From assembly GCA_036504515.1 (NCBI GenBank), contig DASXVA010000007.1:100031-164030 (forward strand): DNA of 64,000 bases, in the 5' to 3' direction. The position numbers were made by a program, and so were the translations under genes. Under the pieces are notes generated by a model. That model was given only the letters and a program-made list of their open reading frames with translations, searched no databases and was not told the origin of the DNA. Position 1 is the stretch's first letter. The number at the start of each line of letters is the position of its first letter. Source of the stretch: Rhodocyclaceae bacterium (GTDB lineage: Bacteria; Pseudomonadota; Gammaproteobacteria; Burkholderiales; Rhodocyclaceae). Shown here one piece after another: positions 10,722 to 22,205 of this stretch.

Positions 10722-11758
10722 ACCAGTCCTCGTGCCTTGAGTTCGTCCTTGAGATAGGCGTAATACACCGGGCCCGCCACGACACCTGGCAGACCGAAAG
10801 CGGCTTCCATCACCACCATGGCCAGCAGCAACTCCCAGGCCCGGGCATTGATCTGTCCGCCGACGATGCGCGCATTGAGGAAGTATTCCAGTTTGTGGAT
10901 CAACACCAGATACAGCAGGGAACCGAGGGCCGCTGCCGGTGAGTTGGTCAGGCTGACCACCACGATCACCGTGTTGGAAAGCAGGTTGCCCACCACCGGC
11001 AACAAACCGGCGATAAAGGTGAACAGGATCATGCTGACGGTAAAGGGCAGATGGATGCCCAGCAGCGGCAGCACCACGGCCAGATAAACGGCGGTGAGGG
11101 TTGCGTTCAGGGCGGCGATGCGCACTTGGGCAAAAACGATGCGGCGAAAGGCTTCCGCCAGCCGCAGGGCCCGCTCTTGCAGCGCGTGGGCAAGAGGCTT
11201 CAGGGGGGCGTGGTCAATGGCATCGTGCAGGGCCAGCATGGCGCCGATGATCATGCCGATCAGGCCGTGGGCGGCACCGCGACCGGCCTCTTTGCCCAGA
11301 ACTTGCATTTCGCCCGCGTGGTCCCGCAACCAATGCACTGCGCCGTTGTGGATAGCGTCCGCATCGGCGGGCAACATGGCCGCAATCCATTCCGGCAGGC
11401 TGCTGCGGGTATGGTCGATGATGGTGGCCATCTGCTGGAACATGGCCGGCAGGCTGCCCGCATCGGAACGGAAATAGGCCACCAGGGCAACGGTGACGAG
11501 GCTCACCACGGCAATCACCAGCGTAGCGATGATCACCACCGCCGCCAGCCGCGCCTTGCCGCCGGATAGCCGGCCGGCAATGATGCGCACCAGTTCAAAT
11601 ACAAGCAAACCCGCCATCAAGGCCGGCAGAAGGTGAAGCACCAGCACCAGCAACAACAGGAGAGCAGTAATGATCCAGGCAGCGATTTGATGTTTGGTAA
11701 CAGTCATGGAAACGGTGTGATGCACGCCAAGAATGGCAATGGGGGGATTATGGGCCAA
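10718..11758 (-). CDS. AI-2E family transporter (PerM/YhhT-like permease)
   Basis: Polytopic membrane protein with typical AI-2E length and C-terminal pattern (VVGNLLSNTVIVV, FGLPGVVAGPV). The start is uncertain: TTG at 11758 or ATG at 11707. Confidence 0.78.
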   Translation of the reverse strand: MAHNPPIAILGVHHTVSMTVTKHQIAAWIITALLLLLVLVLHLLPALMAGLLVFELVRIIAGRLSGGKARLAAVVIIATLVIAVVSLVTVALVAYFRSDAGSLPAMFQQMATIIDHTRSSLPEWIAAMLPADADAIHNGAVHWLRDHAGEMQVLGKEAGRGAAHGLIGMIIGAMLALHDAIDHAPLKPLAHALQERALRLAEAFRRIVFAQVRIAALNATLTAVYLAVVLPLLGIHLPFTVSMILFTFIAGLLPVVGNLLSNTVIVVVSLTNSPAAALGSLLYLVLIHKLEYFLNARIVGGQINARAWELLLAMVVMEAAFGLPGVVAGPVYYAYLKDELKARGLV

Positions 11759-11780
11759 AGTGCTAGTTGCTTTGGCCTAG

Positions 11781-12971
11781 ATGGGGACAAGGTTTCTTTA
11801 TGCAATGGCCGCGATGGGGCACACTGATGCCATGAATGCCGCCGCTGACACTAACCAATACACTGTCGAATTCCTTGAAACCGTCACCGCATTGCCGCCG
11901 GTTTTGCGGGTGGTGAACGACCCCTTTCTTGCCCCCGGTTTCCTCGATGCCCTGGAACGCCACGGAGCTGCCGGGCCCGAGATGGCGTGGCTGGCGAAAC
12001 ACCTGTTGCTGCGGGATGTTGACGGCAATGCCCTGGGCTGGATGCCCCTTTACCTGCGCCACCATTCCTTCGGTGACTTTCTGCGGGACTGGTCCTGGCC
12101 CGGTGCCTGGGAACGCATGGGTTTTCCCTACTACCCCAAGCTGGTGACCGGGCTGCCCTACACGCCGGTCACCGGGCCACGGTTTCTGTGCCCAGAGGAA
12201 CTGAAACCCGCGCTGATCCAGGCTGGGTTGCAGGCGGTGCAGACCTTTGGTGCTTCCAGTTGGCATGTGGCCTTCCCGCCAGAAAGCGATATCCCCCTGC
12301 TCGAAGCCGCGGGATTTCTGATCCAGCCCCAGGTGCAGTTCCAGTGGTTCAACCGGGGATATGGTGACTTTGACGATTTCCTTGCCACCTTTGCCGCCGA
12401 CAAGCGACGCAAGGTCAAAGCAGACCGGCGCAAGGCCCGGGAGGCCAGCATTCGCTTGCAACGGCTGGCCGGCAATGCCGTACCGGAAAGCCTGTGGCCC
12501 CGCCTGTACCGACTCTATGCCGACACCTTCCGTCGCTACGGCAACCATCCCGCCATCCCCGCTGCCTGTTTCGCCGAGATGGGACAGGTAATGGGGGAGG
12601 CCATGCAACTCTTCATCGCCTATCGCGACGATGTGGCGGTGGCCGTTGCCATCTGCTTCCGCAGTGCCGACATTCTCTATGGCCGCTATTGGGGCGCCTC
12701 AGAAGACATCCCCGGTTTGCACTTCGAGCTTTGCTACTACCAGGGCATTGAATACTGCATCGAGCAGGGCTTGGCCCGTTTCGAGCCGGGGGCGGGAGGC
12801 GAACACAAAATCGCCCGGGGCTTCGAACCGACCCGGGTAGTTACCGCTCACTGGATTGCCGAAGCAAAAATGCGCGAAGTCGTCGCCCGGCACCTGGCCC
12901 AGATGGATGGTGCGGTGGAGGACTATCGGCAGGAGGCGGCGAGTCACCTGCCGTTTCGCTCTGCCGAGTAG
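11781..12971 (+). CDS. GNAT/FemAB-like N-acetyltransferase (DUF482, COG3146 family)
   Basis: The length and the conserved C-terminal YWG...LHFELCYYQGIEY...FEPGAGGEHKIARGF block are typical of the family. Confidence 0.7.
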   Translation: MGTRFLYAMAAMGHTDAMNAAADTNQYTVEFLETVTALPPVLRVVNDPFLAPGFLDALERHGAAGPEMAWLAKHLLLRDVDGNALGWMPLYLRHHSFGDFLRDWSWPGAWERMGFPYYPKLVTGLPYTPVTGPRFLCPEELKPALIQAGLQAVQTFGASSWHVAFPPESDIPLLEAAGFLIQPQVQFQWFNRGYGDFDDFLATFAADKRRKVKADRRKAREASIRLQRLAGNAVPESLWPRLYRLYADTFRRYGNHPAIPAACFAEMGQVMGEAMQLFIAYRDDVAVAVAICFRSADILYGRYWGASEDIPGLHFELCYYQGIEYCIEQGLARFEPGAGGEHKIARGFEPTRVVTAHWIAEAKMREVVARHLAQMDGAVEDYRQEAASHLPFRSAE

Positions 12972-13026
12972 CGGGGGAGGGGGGGCACAACATGCTCTGG
13001 TAGGCAGAGCATGTTTTATATAAAAC

Positions 13027-14391
13027 CTATCGTAACTGCTTGGCTGGTCGGACAAAGGGGTGTCTGGATCGGATACTGGCAGGGAGTTGAGCGATGGCCT
13101 TTTGTGCTTCTGCCCGACTTTCGTAGTCGCCGTAGATAATTCCGTAGCGCATTCTGCCGCTCAGATCGGAGAGGTATGCCCGTGTTTTTGTCATATCCAG
13201 TCCGGCATCTTTTGCTTCGCGCAAGAACGCTTCGACCTGCTCAGGTTTGCGAGATTCGATTGCGAAAAGTTGAATAAACCAGTGATTCGTTGGTGTCGTT
13301 GCCAGCCATTGTTTCCCTGCGAGCAAAGCACTCTCAACTAATGGGGTTCCACTTGCGGTTGGCTCATGCGGTAACTGTCCCGATGCAACCTGGACTGGTG
13401 GTTGCGCTTCAGGCTGTGTGCTTTCCTGTTGCGGGGGTGTTAAGGACGATGCGAGTGGTGCAGGAGGGGCTTCGTTAGTGGGCTTGACAACGAGATATAT
13501 GCTTGCGGTTAGAAGAAATGCAATGCCCAAAATCCATAGGGGCTGTAACAGCCGGATTGGACGTGACGTTGAGATGATTGCGTCACTGAACTCGCAATCC
13601 TTGATGGCTGTGCGGACGTGTTTAGCAGTGATCTGATGGGTGTTGTCAGAGAAGCAGGCAAGCAGGGTTTTGTCGGCGAGAATATTAATTCGGCGGGTTA
13701 GTCCCAGTGATGCATCGGAAATAAGCCGTGTCGACTGGGGACTGAAAACATTGGGACCTTTGTAGCCGGCTGCACGAAGGCGAAATTCAAGGTATTGAGC
13801 AACGTCATCTCGAACGAGGGGTTCGAGTAGAAAGTTGTGGGTGATTCTTTCCTTGAGTTGCCGCATGTTTGCGCGAGCCAGAATTTCATTGAGTTCCGGT
13901 TGCCCAAAAAGTACTAGTTGGAGAAGTTTGTGTTGATTGGACTCCAGGTTTGACAGCAGCCGGATTTCTTCAAGCGTTTCCGCAGGCATGGCATGGGCTT
14001 CGTCTACTAGGATGACGATACGTTTTCCCTCGGCGTAGAGCTGTATAAGGTGGTCTTGAAGGGCACGAATGACCGAGCTGGAACGCATGCCTTCTGGCAG
14101 CTTTAGATTCAGTTCATCGGCAATGGCATAGAGAATGTCATCTCTGGATAAGCTTGGGTTGGCCAGATAAACAATAGCAACGGTTTTCGGTAACCGTTCC
14201 ATGAGTACCCGACAAAGCATGGTTTTGCCGCTCCCTACTTCGCCACTGATTTTGACGATGCCTTCGTCGTGGGTGATGGCATAAAGCAAGGCATCCAGCG
14301 TTGCCCCCCGGTTTGCCCCGGAAAAGAAAAACTCTGTGTGGGGTGTGATTCGGAACGGGGGCTCGTTTAGTCCGAAATGGGCGAGATACAT
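13027..14391 (-). CDS. ExeA/MshM-like AAA+ ATPase with a transmembrane segment and C-terminal SPOR domain
   Basis: MYLAHFGLNEPPFRITP, Walker A GEVGSGKT, Walker B ILVDEAH, a hydrophobic segment (LWILGIAFLLTASIYLVV), a Pro-rich linker, and a SPOR-like C-terminus (WFIQLFAIES...YGIIYGDYESRAEAQKAI). Confidence 0.78.
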   Translation of the reverse strand: MYLAHFGLNEPPFRITPHTEFFFSGANRGATLDALLYAITHDEGIVKISGEVGSGKTMLCRVLMERLPKTVAIVYLANPSLSRDDILYAIADELNLKLPEGMRSSSVIRALQDHLIQLYAEGKRIVILVDEAHAMPAETLEEIRLLSNLESNQHKLLQLVLFGQPELNEILARANMRQLKERITHNFLLEPLVRDDVAQYLEFRLRAAGYKGPNVFSPQSTRLISDASLGLTRRINILADKTLLACFSDNTHQITAKHVRTAIKDCEFSDAIISTSRPIRLLQPLWILGIAFLLTASIYLVVKPTNEAPPAPLASSLTPPQQESTQPEAQPPVQVASGQLPHEPTASGTPLVESALLAGKQWLATTPTNHWFIQLFAIESRKPEQVEAFLREAKDAGLDMTKTRAYLSDLSGRMRYGIIYGDYESRAEAQKAIAQLPASIRSRHPFVRPAKQLR

Positions 14392-14534
14392 TGTCTGTAT
14401 GGGCAATAGATGAGGATGATCTAGGGATGTACTTGGGTGACTCATGACTTCTTGATCATAACGTAAGGACAGAGGCAGGGGGCACCCCATGTCATCTGTT
14501 AGAATCCGCGACTTTATATGTCTGGAAGCCTCTT

Positions 14535-15347
14535 GTGTCTGCCGAACCCCTTGTTAAGGTAAGCAACCTTAACTTTACTTATGATCGCCGTCCCGTCCTT
14601 ACCGGAATCAATATGGAGATTCACCGGGGTCAGGTTGTCGCCATCATGGGGGCTAGTGGTTGCGGTAAGACTACGACGATGCGATTGATTGGTGGTCAGT
14701 TGAGGCCTACGTCTGGGTCAGTGACGATTGATGGCAAGGTGGTGCACGAACTGGGGGATGATGGCCTGTACGCCCTGCGTCGGCGCATGGGAATGCTTTT
14801 CCAGTTTGGGGCTTTGTTCACAGATATATCGGTTTTCGACAATGTTGCCTTCCAGATGCGAGAACATACGGATTTGCCTGAATCCCTAATTCACGATTTG
14901 GTGTTGATGAAGCTGAATGCCGTGGGTTTGCGTGGGGTGCATCGTTTGATGCCTTCGGAGTTGTCGGGCGGAATGGCGCGGCGGGTTGCTCTGGCCAGAG
15001 CGATAGCCCTTGATCCTCTGCTAATGATGTATGACGAGCCCTTTGCCGGGCTGGATCCGATTTCTCTTTCTGTGGTTGGTCAGTTGATCCGGACCCTGAA
15101 TGATGCTTTGGGCGGTTGTTCAATTGTGGTGACCCACGATGTGCAGGAATCCTTGAAGATCGTTGATTACGTTTATTTTGTTTCCGAGGGAAAAATCGTG
15201 GCAGAAGGAACGCCGGAGGAAATCAAGAAATCTACGACCCCTTATGTGCATCAGTTCGTTTGGGGCGAGGCCGATGGCCCCGTGCCTTTTCATTATCCGG
15301 CGCCCCCTTATGGCGCATCGTTGCTGCAAGAGGTAGCCCGTGCTTGA
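14535..15347 (+). CDS. mlaF: Phospholipid ABC transporter ATP-binding protein MlaF
   Basis: Walker [10 protein letters not shown], signature [14 protein letters not shown], Walker B MMYDEP. First gene of the mla cluster. Confidence 0.9.
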   Translation: MSAEPLVKVSNLNFTYDRRPVLTGINMEIHRGQVVAIMGASGCGKTTTMRLIGGQLRPTSGSVTIDGKVVHELGDDGLYALRRRMGMLFQFGALFTDISVFDNVAFQMREHTDLPESLIHDLVLMKLNAVGLRGVHRLMPSELSGGMARRVALARAIALDPLLMMYDEPFAGLDPISLSVVGQLIRTLNDALGGCSIVVTHDVQESLKIVDYVYFVSEGKIVAEGTPEEIKKSTTPYVHQFVWGEADGPVPFHYPAPPYGASLLQEVARA

Positions 15348-16134
15348 GAGTGTAGTTCGCGCCCTGCGTGGCCTTGGCCGTAGCATTACCGACCGTATTT
15401 GGCGTTTGGGCTTTGCCAGTCGCTTTTTTCTGGCTATTTTCCTTCATTCAGGAACAGCCTTTCGCCGCTTTAACCTGACCATTCGGGAGATCTATTTCAG
15501 CGGGGTTCTCTCTCTGATTGTCATCCTTGTTTCTGGTCTTTTTGTCGGTATGGTGTTGGGGTTGCAGGGTTACGACACTTTGCAGCGCTATGGCTCCTCC
15601 GAGGCGGTAGGGATTTTGGTTGCTGTTTCTCTCGTTCGTGAACTTGGGCCCGTGGTGGCTGGCCTTCTCTTCGCCAGTCGTGCTGGATCTGCTATTACGG
15701 CGGAGATTGGCCTGATGAAAGCAACTGAGCAGTTATCGGCCATGGAAATGATGGCGGTAAACCCCATTGCTCGGGTCGTGGCCCCTCGTTTCTGGGCTGG
15801 TGTGATTTCTATGCCCCTTTTGGCTGCACTGTTTTCTGCGCTGGGGGTGTTTGGCGGTTACTTAGTGGCGGTGAAGATGATCGGGGTGGACGAAGGCTCC
15901 TTCTGGTCCCAGATGCAGGCTTCCGTAGATTTTCGCGAAGATATTGTGAATGGCGTCATCAAGAGTTTTGTTTTTGGCATCATCATCAGCTGGATCGCTG
16001 TATTCGAAGGCTATGATGCCGATCCGACTGCGGAAGGTGTATCCGGTGCAACTACCCGCACTGTGGTGACCTCCTCATTGGCCATCTTGGCGGCTGACCT
16101 TATCCTTACTGCAATCATGTTCCGAGGTGTTTAA
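15340..16134 (+). CDS. mlaE: Phospholipid ABC transporter permease MlaE
   Basis: Polytopic permease overlapping the mlaF stop, with the conserved [24 protein letters not shown] block. Confidence 0.9.
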   Translation: MLESVVRALRGLGRSITDRIWRLGFASRFFLAIFLHSGTAFRRFNLTIREIYFSGVLSLIVILVSGLFVGMVLGLQGYDTLQRYGSSEAVGILVAVSLVRELGPVVAGLLFASRAGSAITAEIGLMKATEQLSAMEMMAVNPIARVVAPRFWAGVISMPLLAALFSALGVFGGYLVAVKMIGVDEGSFWSQMQASVDFREDIVNGVIKSFVFGIIISWIAVFEGYDADPTAEGVSGATTRTVVTSSLAILAADLILTAIMFRGV

Positions 16135-16605
16135 ATGAATCGTGCCACGCTCGACCTTTGGGTTGGTATTTTTGTCGCTATCGGCATTGTCGCTTTAGGT
16201 TTCCTTGCCATGAAGGTAGGTAATCTCAGCGGTGCCAGCACTGGTGAAACCTATGTTTTACAAGCTAAGTTTGACAATATCGGTGGCTTGAAGCCCCGCG
16301 GTGCAGTCAAAAGTGCAGGTGTCGTTGTGGGCCGGGTCTCTGAGATCAAATTTGATCCTGAAAATTACGTTGCGCAGGTGACCTTGCAGATTGATACCCG
16401 TTACAAGTTTCCTCGGGATACATTTGCCACGATCAATACCTCTGGCTTGCTGGGCGAGCAATATGTAGGTTTTGAGGTGGGAGGAGATACGGAAATGCTC
16501 AAGTCTGGCGACAGTATCAAGAAGACCCAATCGGCTGTAGTGTTGGAAAAGCTCATCAGCCAGTTCATGTTCAGTAAGGCTTCTGAGCCTTCTGCGGCCA
16601 AGTAA
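16135..16605 (+). CDS. mlaD: MCE-domain periplasmic protein MlaD
   Basis: N-terminal anchor plus MCE domain (GGLKPRGAVKSAGVVVGRV). Confidence 0.88.
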   Translation: MNRATLDLWVGIFVAIGIVALGFLAMKVGNLSGASTGETYVLQAKFDNIGGLKPRGAVKSAGVVVGRVSEIKFDPENYVAQVTLQIDTRYKFPRDTFATINTSGLLGEQYVGFEVGGDTEMLKSGDSIKKTQSAVVLEKLISQFMFSKASEPSAAK

Positions 16606-17361
16606 GTGGCAAAATCCAAGAAATTCAAAAGGGAAGGGGCCGTTGTGAATTCAAATAAGATCAGGCACGTTGTTTTTTCTTCAGTACTGATGGCTAGTAT
16701 TGCTCTGTTGAGCGGCTGCGCTACGTCAGGCAATCCGAAAGATCCGATTGAAGGTTTTAATCGTGCCGTGTTTGCTTTCAACGATGGTCTTGATAGTGCA
16801 ATCGTCAAGCCTGTTGCTCAGGGTTATGACGCAGCCTTGCCTACTCCGGCAAAGGCTGGGGTGTCCAATTTCTTTGGCAACATTCGGGATGTATTCATCG
16901 GTGTAAATAACCTGCTCCAGGGAAAAGTGCCAGACGCAGCTAGTGACTGGGGGCGTGTACTGGTGAATAGCACGGTGGGCGTCTTCGGCCTCATCGACTG
17001 GGCTAGCGACATGGGCTTGGAAAAACATGATGAAGACTTCGGTCAGACCTTTGGTCGTTGGGGCGTAGGTACTGGTGCTTATGTTGTTGTGCCTGTGTAT
17101 GGTCCTCGCAATGTCCGTGATACCGTTGGCCTCGTTGGTGATATCGTTACTGATCCTGTTGCCAAGATGCACAACGTCGCCGCACGCAATACCTTGATCA
17201 TTACCCGCCTGGTAAGTGATCGTGCGGAATTGTTGCCTGCAGACAAAGTGATTGAAGAAGCTGCTCTCGACAAGTATTCCTATATCCGTGATGCCTATCT
17301 GCAACGCCGTCGCAGCTTGGTCTATGACGGTGCTCCTCCCCGCGTCAGCGAAGACGAGTAA
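16606..17361 (+). CDS. mlaA: Outer-membrane lipoprotein MlaA (VacJ)
   Basis: Lipobox LLSGC, then DPIEGFNRAVFAFND and FGQTFGRWGV motifs. The exact start is uncertain. Confidence 0.85.
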   Translation: MAKSKKFKREGAVVNSNKIRHVVFSSVLMASIALLSGCATSGNPKDPIEGFNRAVFAFNDGLDSAIVKPVAQGYDAALPTPAKAGVSNFFGNIRDVFIGVNNLLQGKVPDAASDWGRVLVNSTVGVFGLIDWASDMGLEKHDEDFGQTFGRWGVGTGAYVVVPVYGPRNVRDTVGLVGDIVTDPVAKMHNVAARNTLIITRLVSDRAELLPADKVIEEAALDKYSYIRDAYLQRRRSLVYDGAPPRVSEDE

Positions 17362-17385
17362 TTTTTCTTGACGGAACTTCTTACG

Positions 17386-18009
17386 ATGAAAAAACTGTTT
17401 ATTCTCCTTGCTTGCTTCACTGCGCTGGGTTTCTCCGGGAATGTCCTTGCTGAGGACACACCGGATCAATTGGTGAAAAATGTGTCCAATGAAGTTCTTG
17501 AGATTATTCGCAAGGACAAGGATATCCAGAATGGCAACGCCAAGAAGGCTATGGATCTTGTAGAGGCCAAGGTGCTTCCCCATTTCAACTTTCAACGCAT
17601 GACCGCACAGGCTGTGGGCAAAGACTGGCGCCAAGCCACGCCTGCTCAGCAGAAGGTTTTGTCGGATGAGTTTCGTACCTTGTTGGTTCGGACTTACTCT
17701 AACGCGTTGACCGCATACAAGAATCAAACTATCGACTTTAAACCCCTCAAAATGGCGCCTGCCGATACCGAGGTGACTGTTCGTACTGAGATCAAACAGG
17801 CAGGTGCAAAGCCGATTGGTATCAATTACGAACTTGAAAAGAGTGGCAATGGCTGGAAGGTGTACGACGTCGTGATTGCTGATGTCAGTATGGTTACGAG
17901 CTATCGGGATCAGTTCCGCCAGGAAATTGCCAACAATGGCTTGGATGGATTGGTCAAGTCTCTCCAAGCCAAGAACAAGACCGCTGAAACCTCCGTTGCA
18001 AAAAAATGA
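17386..18009 (+). CDS. mlaC: Periplasmic phospholipid-binding protein MlaC (Ttg2D)
   Basis: Signal peptide MKKLFILLACFTALGFSGNVLA and the Ttg2D/MlaC-like pattern (FNFQRMTAQAVGKDWRQATPAQQ). Confidence 0.85.
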   Translation: MKKLFILLACFTALGFSGNVLAEDTPDQLVKNVSNEVLEIIRKDKDIQNGNAKKAMDLVEAKVLPHFNFQRMTAQAVGKDWRQATPAQQKVLSDEFRTLLVRTYSNALTAYKNQTIDFKPLKMAPADTEVTVRTEIKQAGAKPIGINYELEKSGNGWKVYDVVIADVSMVTSYRDQFRQEIANNGLDGLVKSLQAKNKTAETSVAKK

Positions 18010-18293
18010 TTCGGGAAGACGGTAATCGCATCCTCGTGGAAGGGGCAATGAACCTCTCCACGGCAACTTCTCTGCTTGATCAAGGTAATCAGTTGATTGC
18101 TGGCAGCGGCGCAAACAAGCTTTTTGATTTATCTGCGGTGACCGAAGTGGACTCCTCCGGTTTGGCCGTTGTATTCGGTTGGATGCGAGCAGCTAAAAGC
18201 AGTGCTCAGTCCCTGAAACTTACGAATCCCCCCCAAGGCCTGCTAAGCATGGCTGACGTCTACGGCGTCAGCGACCTGCTGCCACTGGCTTAA
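18006..18293 (+). CDS. mlaB: STAS-domain protein MlaB
   Basis: A 95 aa STAS-like protein (VDSSGLAVVFGWMR) overlapping the mlaC stop. Confidence 0.78.
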   Translation: MIREDGNRILVEGAMNLSTATSLLDQGNQLIAGSGANKLFDLSAVTEVDSSGLAVVFGWMRAAKSSAQSLKLTNPPQGLLSMADVYGVSDLLPLA

Positions 18294-18314
18294 CGCCTGC
18301 TTACTGTCGGCTCC

Positions 18315-19247
18315 ATGATCCCGGCGATTTCAATCCGCCAGGTCACTAAGCGTTATGGTGACCTTGAGGCACTTGCCGGGGTTAGTCTGGACATTGACCA
18401 AGGAGAATTCTTTGGTCTTTTAGGTCCCAATGGCGCAGGCAAAACAACCCTTATTTCCTCCCTTGCTGGCTTAGTGCGGCCAGATAGTGGTGTGCTGGAG
18501 ATCATGGGTTGCAATGTTCAGACAGACTACCGGCAGGCACGGCGTCATCTTGGCGTGGTGCCTCAAGAGCTGGTCTTTGACCCATTCTTCTCTGTCCGTG
18601 AGGTTCTGCGCTTTCAATCCGGCTATTTTGGCATTCGCAGTAACGATGACTGGATTGATGAAATCCTTGCCAATCTGGACCTCACAACAAAGGCTGATGC
18701 AGGTATGCGCTCCCTTTCTGGAGGGATGAAGCGTCGGGTACTTGTGGCCCAAGCCCTGGTTCACCGTCCGCCGGTGATTGTGCTTGATGAACCGACTGCT
18801 GGTGTGGATGTTGAACTCAGGCAGACCCTTTGGCGATTCATCCAGCGCCTTAATGAGGAAGGGCACACCATTGTTCTGACCACGCATTATCTTGAAGAGG
18901 CAGAGGCGCTGTGTGGGCGTATTGCGATGTTGAAGGCTGGAAAGGTCTTGGCATTGGACAGCACGGCTAATTTGCTGAATCGTTTTTCATCCCACGCACT
19001 ACTGGTACGTTTGGGGACAGAAAGCGTTTTGCCTAAAGATGTGGCTGCAATTGCAAAGGGCAGCGGAGAATGGTGGAGTATCCCGTTCGTTCACCCCATG
19101 GAAATTGAAGCCTTATTGGCTCAATTGAGGCAGGCCGGTTGCGTCATCAAAGATATGACCATCAAGCAAACGGATCTGGAAGATGTGTTTGTTCGCCTGA
19201 TGCATGAAGAGCGGTCGCTGGATGTTGCAACAGAGGTAAGTCAGTGA
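18315..19247 (+). CDS. ABC-2 type exporter ATP-binding protein (YadG-like)
   Basis: Walker A GPNGAGKTT, signature LSGGMKRR, Walker B IVLDEPTAG. Confidence 0.85.
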   Translation: MIPAISIRQVTKRYGDLEALAGVSLDIDQGEFFGLLGPNGAGKTTLISSLAGLVRPDSGVLEIMGCNVQTDYRQARRHLGVVPQELVFDPFFSVREVLRFQSGYFGIRSNDDWIDEILANLDLTTKADAGMRSLSGGMKRRVLVAQALVHRPPVIVLDEPTAGVDVELRQTLWRFIQRLNEEGHTIVLTTHYLEEAEALCGRIAMLKAGKVLALDSTANLLNRFSSHALLVRLGTESVLPKDVAAIAKGSGEWWSIPFVHPMEIEALLAQLRQAGCVIKDMTIKQTDLEDVFVRLMHEERSLDVATEVSQ

Positions 19248-19999
19248 TCAGTTTTTTGACCCTGCTGCGGAAAGAAGTCCTGCGATTCTGGAAGGTTGGT
19301 TTTCAGACTGTTGCAGCACCGGTGCTAACGGCAATGTTGTACTTGCTGATTTTTTCCCATGTACTGGAAGATCATGTAAGGGTGTACGACACTTTGCCGT
19401 ATGCGGCCTTTCTTGTGCCCGGGCTGGTCATGATGTCAGTGTTGCAGAACGCTTTTGCTAACTCGTCTTCATCGCTGATTCAGGCAAAAGTAATGGGTAG
19501 CATCGTTTTCATCCTCCTTCCCCCCATTTCGCCGTTCTCCCTATTCAGCGCGTATGTACTTTCCTCCGTAATTCGAGGTTTCGCTGTAGGGCTCGGTGTT
19601 CTGGTCGTCACCATGTTCTTTGCCCCACTGACTTTTGCCGGCCCGGGCTGGATATTGATATTTATACTGCTCGGGGGCGGTTTAATGGGGGCTTTGGGTA
19701 TATTGGCTGGGCTTTGGGCGGACAAGTTTGATCAATTGGCCGCTTTTCAGAACTTCATCATCATGCCGCTCACCTTTCTTTCCGGCGTGTTCTATTCGAT
19801 TCACTCTTTGCCAAGTTTTTGGCAAGAGGTCTCCCATTACAATCCTATCTTTTACATGATCGACGGTTTCCGCTATGGTTTCTTCGGAGTGTCCGATGCT
19901 TCCCCTTGGCAGAGCTTGGCGGTCGTTTCCTTCTGTTTTATTTTTGTCGCTGCTTTTGCTCTGATTTTGCTGAAGCGCGGCTATAAATTGCGGGCCTGA
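19244..19999 (+). CDS. ABC-2 type exporter permease (YadH-like)
   Basis: Six-TM permease overlapping the upstream ATPase stop, with the C-terminal NPIFYMIDGFRYG motif. Confidence 0.85.
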   Translation: MISFLTLLRKEVLRFWKVGFQTVAAPVLTAMLYLLIFSHVLEDHVRVYDTLPYAAFLVPGLVMMSVLQNAFANSSSSLIQAKVMGSIVFILLPPISPFSLFSAYVLSSVIRGFAVGLGVLVVTMFFAPLTFAGPGWILIFILLGGGLMGALGILAGLWADKFDQLAAFQNFIIMPLTFLSGVFYSIHSLPSFWQEVSHYNPIFYMIDGFRYGFFGVSDASPWQSLAVVSFCFIFVAAFALILLKRGYKLRA

Positions 20000-20025
20000 G
20001 TTCAGGCACTGAAAGAGAATTTCCC

Positions 20026-21514
<1,489 letters not shown>

Positions 21515-21563
21515 AACGCCTCAGCTAGAATTACAACCTTTCATTGAACGAACGGAGTCCCCT

Positions 21564-22205
21564 GTGGACGGCATTACCATTGCGCTCTCCAAGGGCCGAA
21601 TCTTTGAAGAAACCTTGCCACTGTTGGCTGCAGCTGGGATTGTGCCCAGCGAGAACCCGGAGACTTCTCGGAAGTTGATCATTGGAACCAATCGCCCCGA
21701 TGTTCGGGTTGTGATTGTCCGTGCGTCTGATGTGCCGACCTATGTGCAGTATGGGGCTGCTGACTTGGGTATCGCTGGCAAGGACGTGTTGATTGAGCAT
21801 GGCGGAGGAGGGCTCTATCAGCCATTGGATCTGAATATTGCAAAGTGTCGCATGTGTGTGGCTGCCCCCGTAGGGTTTGACTACGCGGCGGCAATTCGTC
21901 CTGGTGCACGGTTGCGTATCGCTACCAAATACATCAGTACCGCTAAAGAGCACTTTGCTGCCAAAGGCGTTCACGTGGACTTGATCAAGCTCTACGGTTC
22001 AATGGAATTGGCTCCCTTGGCCGGGCTCTCTGAGGTCATTGTTGACTTAGTGTCCAGTGGTGCAACTCTCAAGGCAAATCAACTCGTCGAAGTGGAGGAA
22101 ATCATGGATATCTCTTCCCGCCTTGTCGTTAGCCAGGCAGCGCTTAAGGTTAAGCACGATCTGCTGCAGCCTGTGATTGAGGCCTTTGCCGGAGCCATTA
22201 AATGA
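21564..22205 (+). CDS. hisG: ATP phosphoribosyltransferase, short form
   Basis: [31 protein letters not shown] and [12 protein letters not shown] motifs, 213 aa. GTG start. Confidence 0.9.
   Translation: MDGITIALSKGRIFEETLPLLAAAGIVPSENPETSRKLIIGTNRPDVRVVIVRASDVPTYVQYGAADLGIAGKDVLIEHGGGGLYQPLDLNIAKCRMCVAAPVGFDYAAAIRPGARLRIATKYISTAKEHFAAKGVHVDLIKLYGSMELAPLAGLSEVIVDLVSSGATLKANQLVEVEEIMDISSRLVVSQAALKVKHDLLQPVIEAFAGAIK

Noticed and set aside
11763-12608. A 281 aa minus-strand ORF.
   Set aside because: It is antisense to the DUF482/GNAT gene, whose conserved C-terminal block is readable on the plus strand.
16726-18114. A 462 aa ORF on the minus strand, the second-longest non-annotated ORF in the track.
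   Set aside because: It runs antisense across mlaA and mlaC, which have clear family motifs, lipobox and signal peptides, and operon context. The antisense translation is low-complexity with no recognisable motif. This is a typical shadow ORF.
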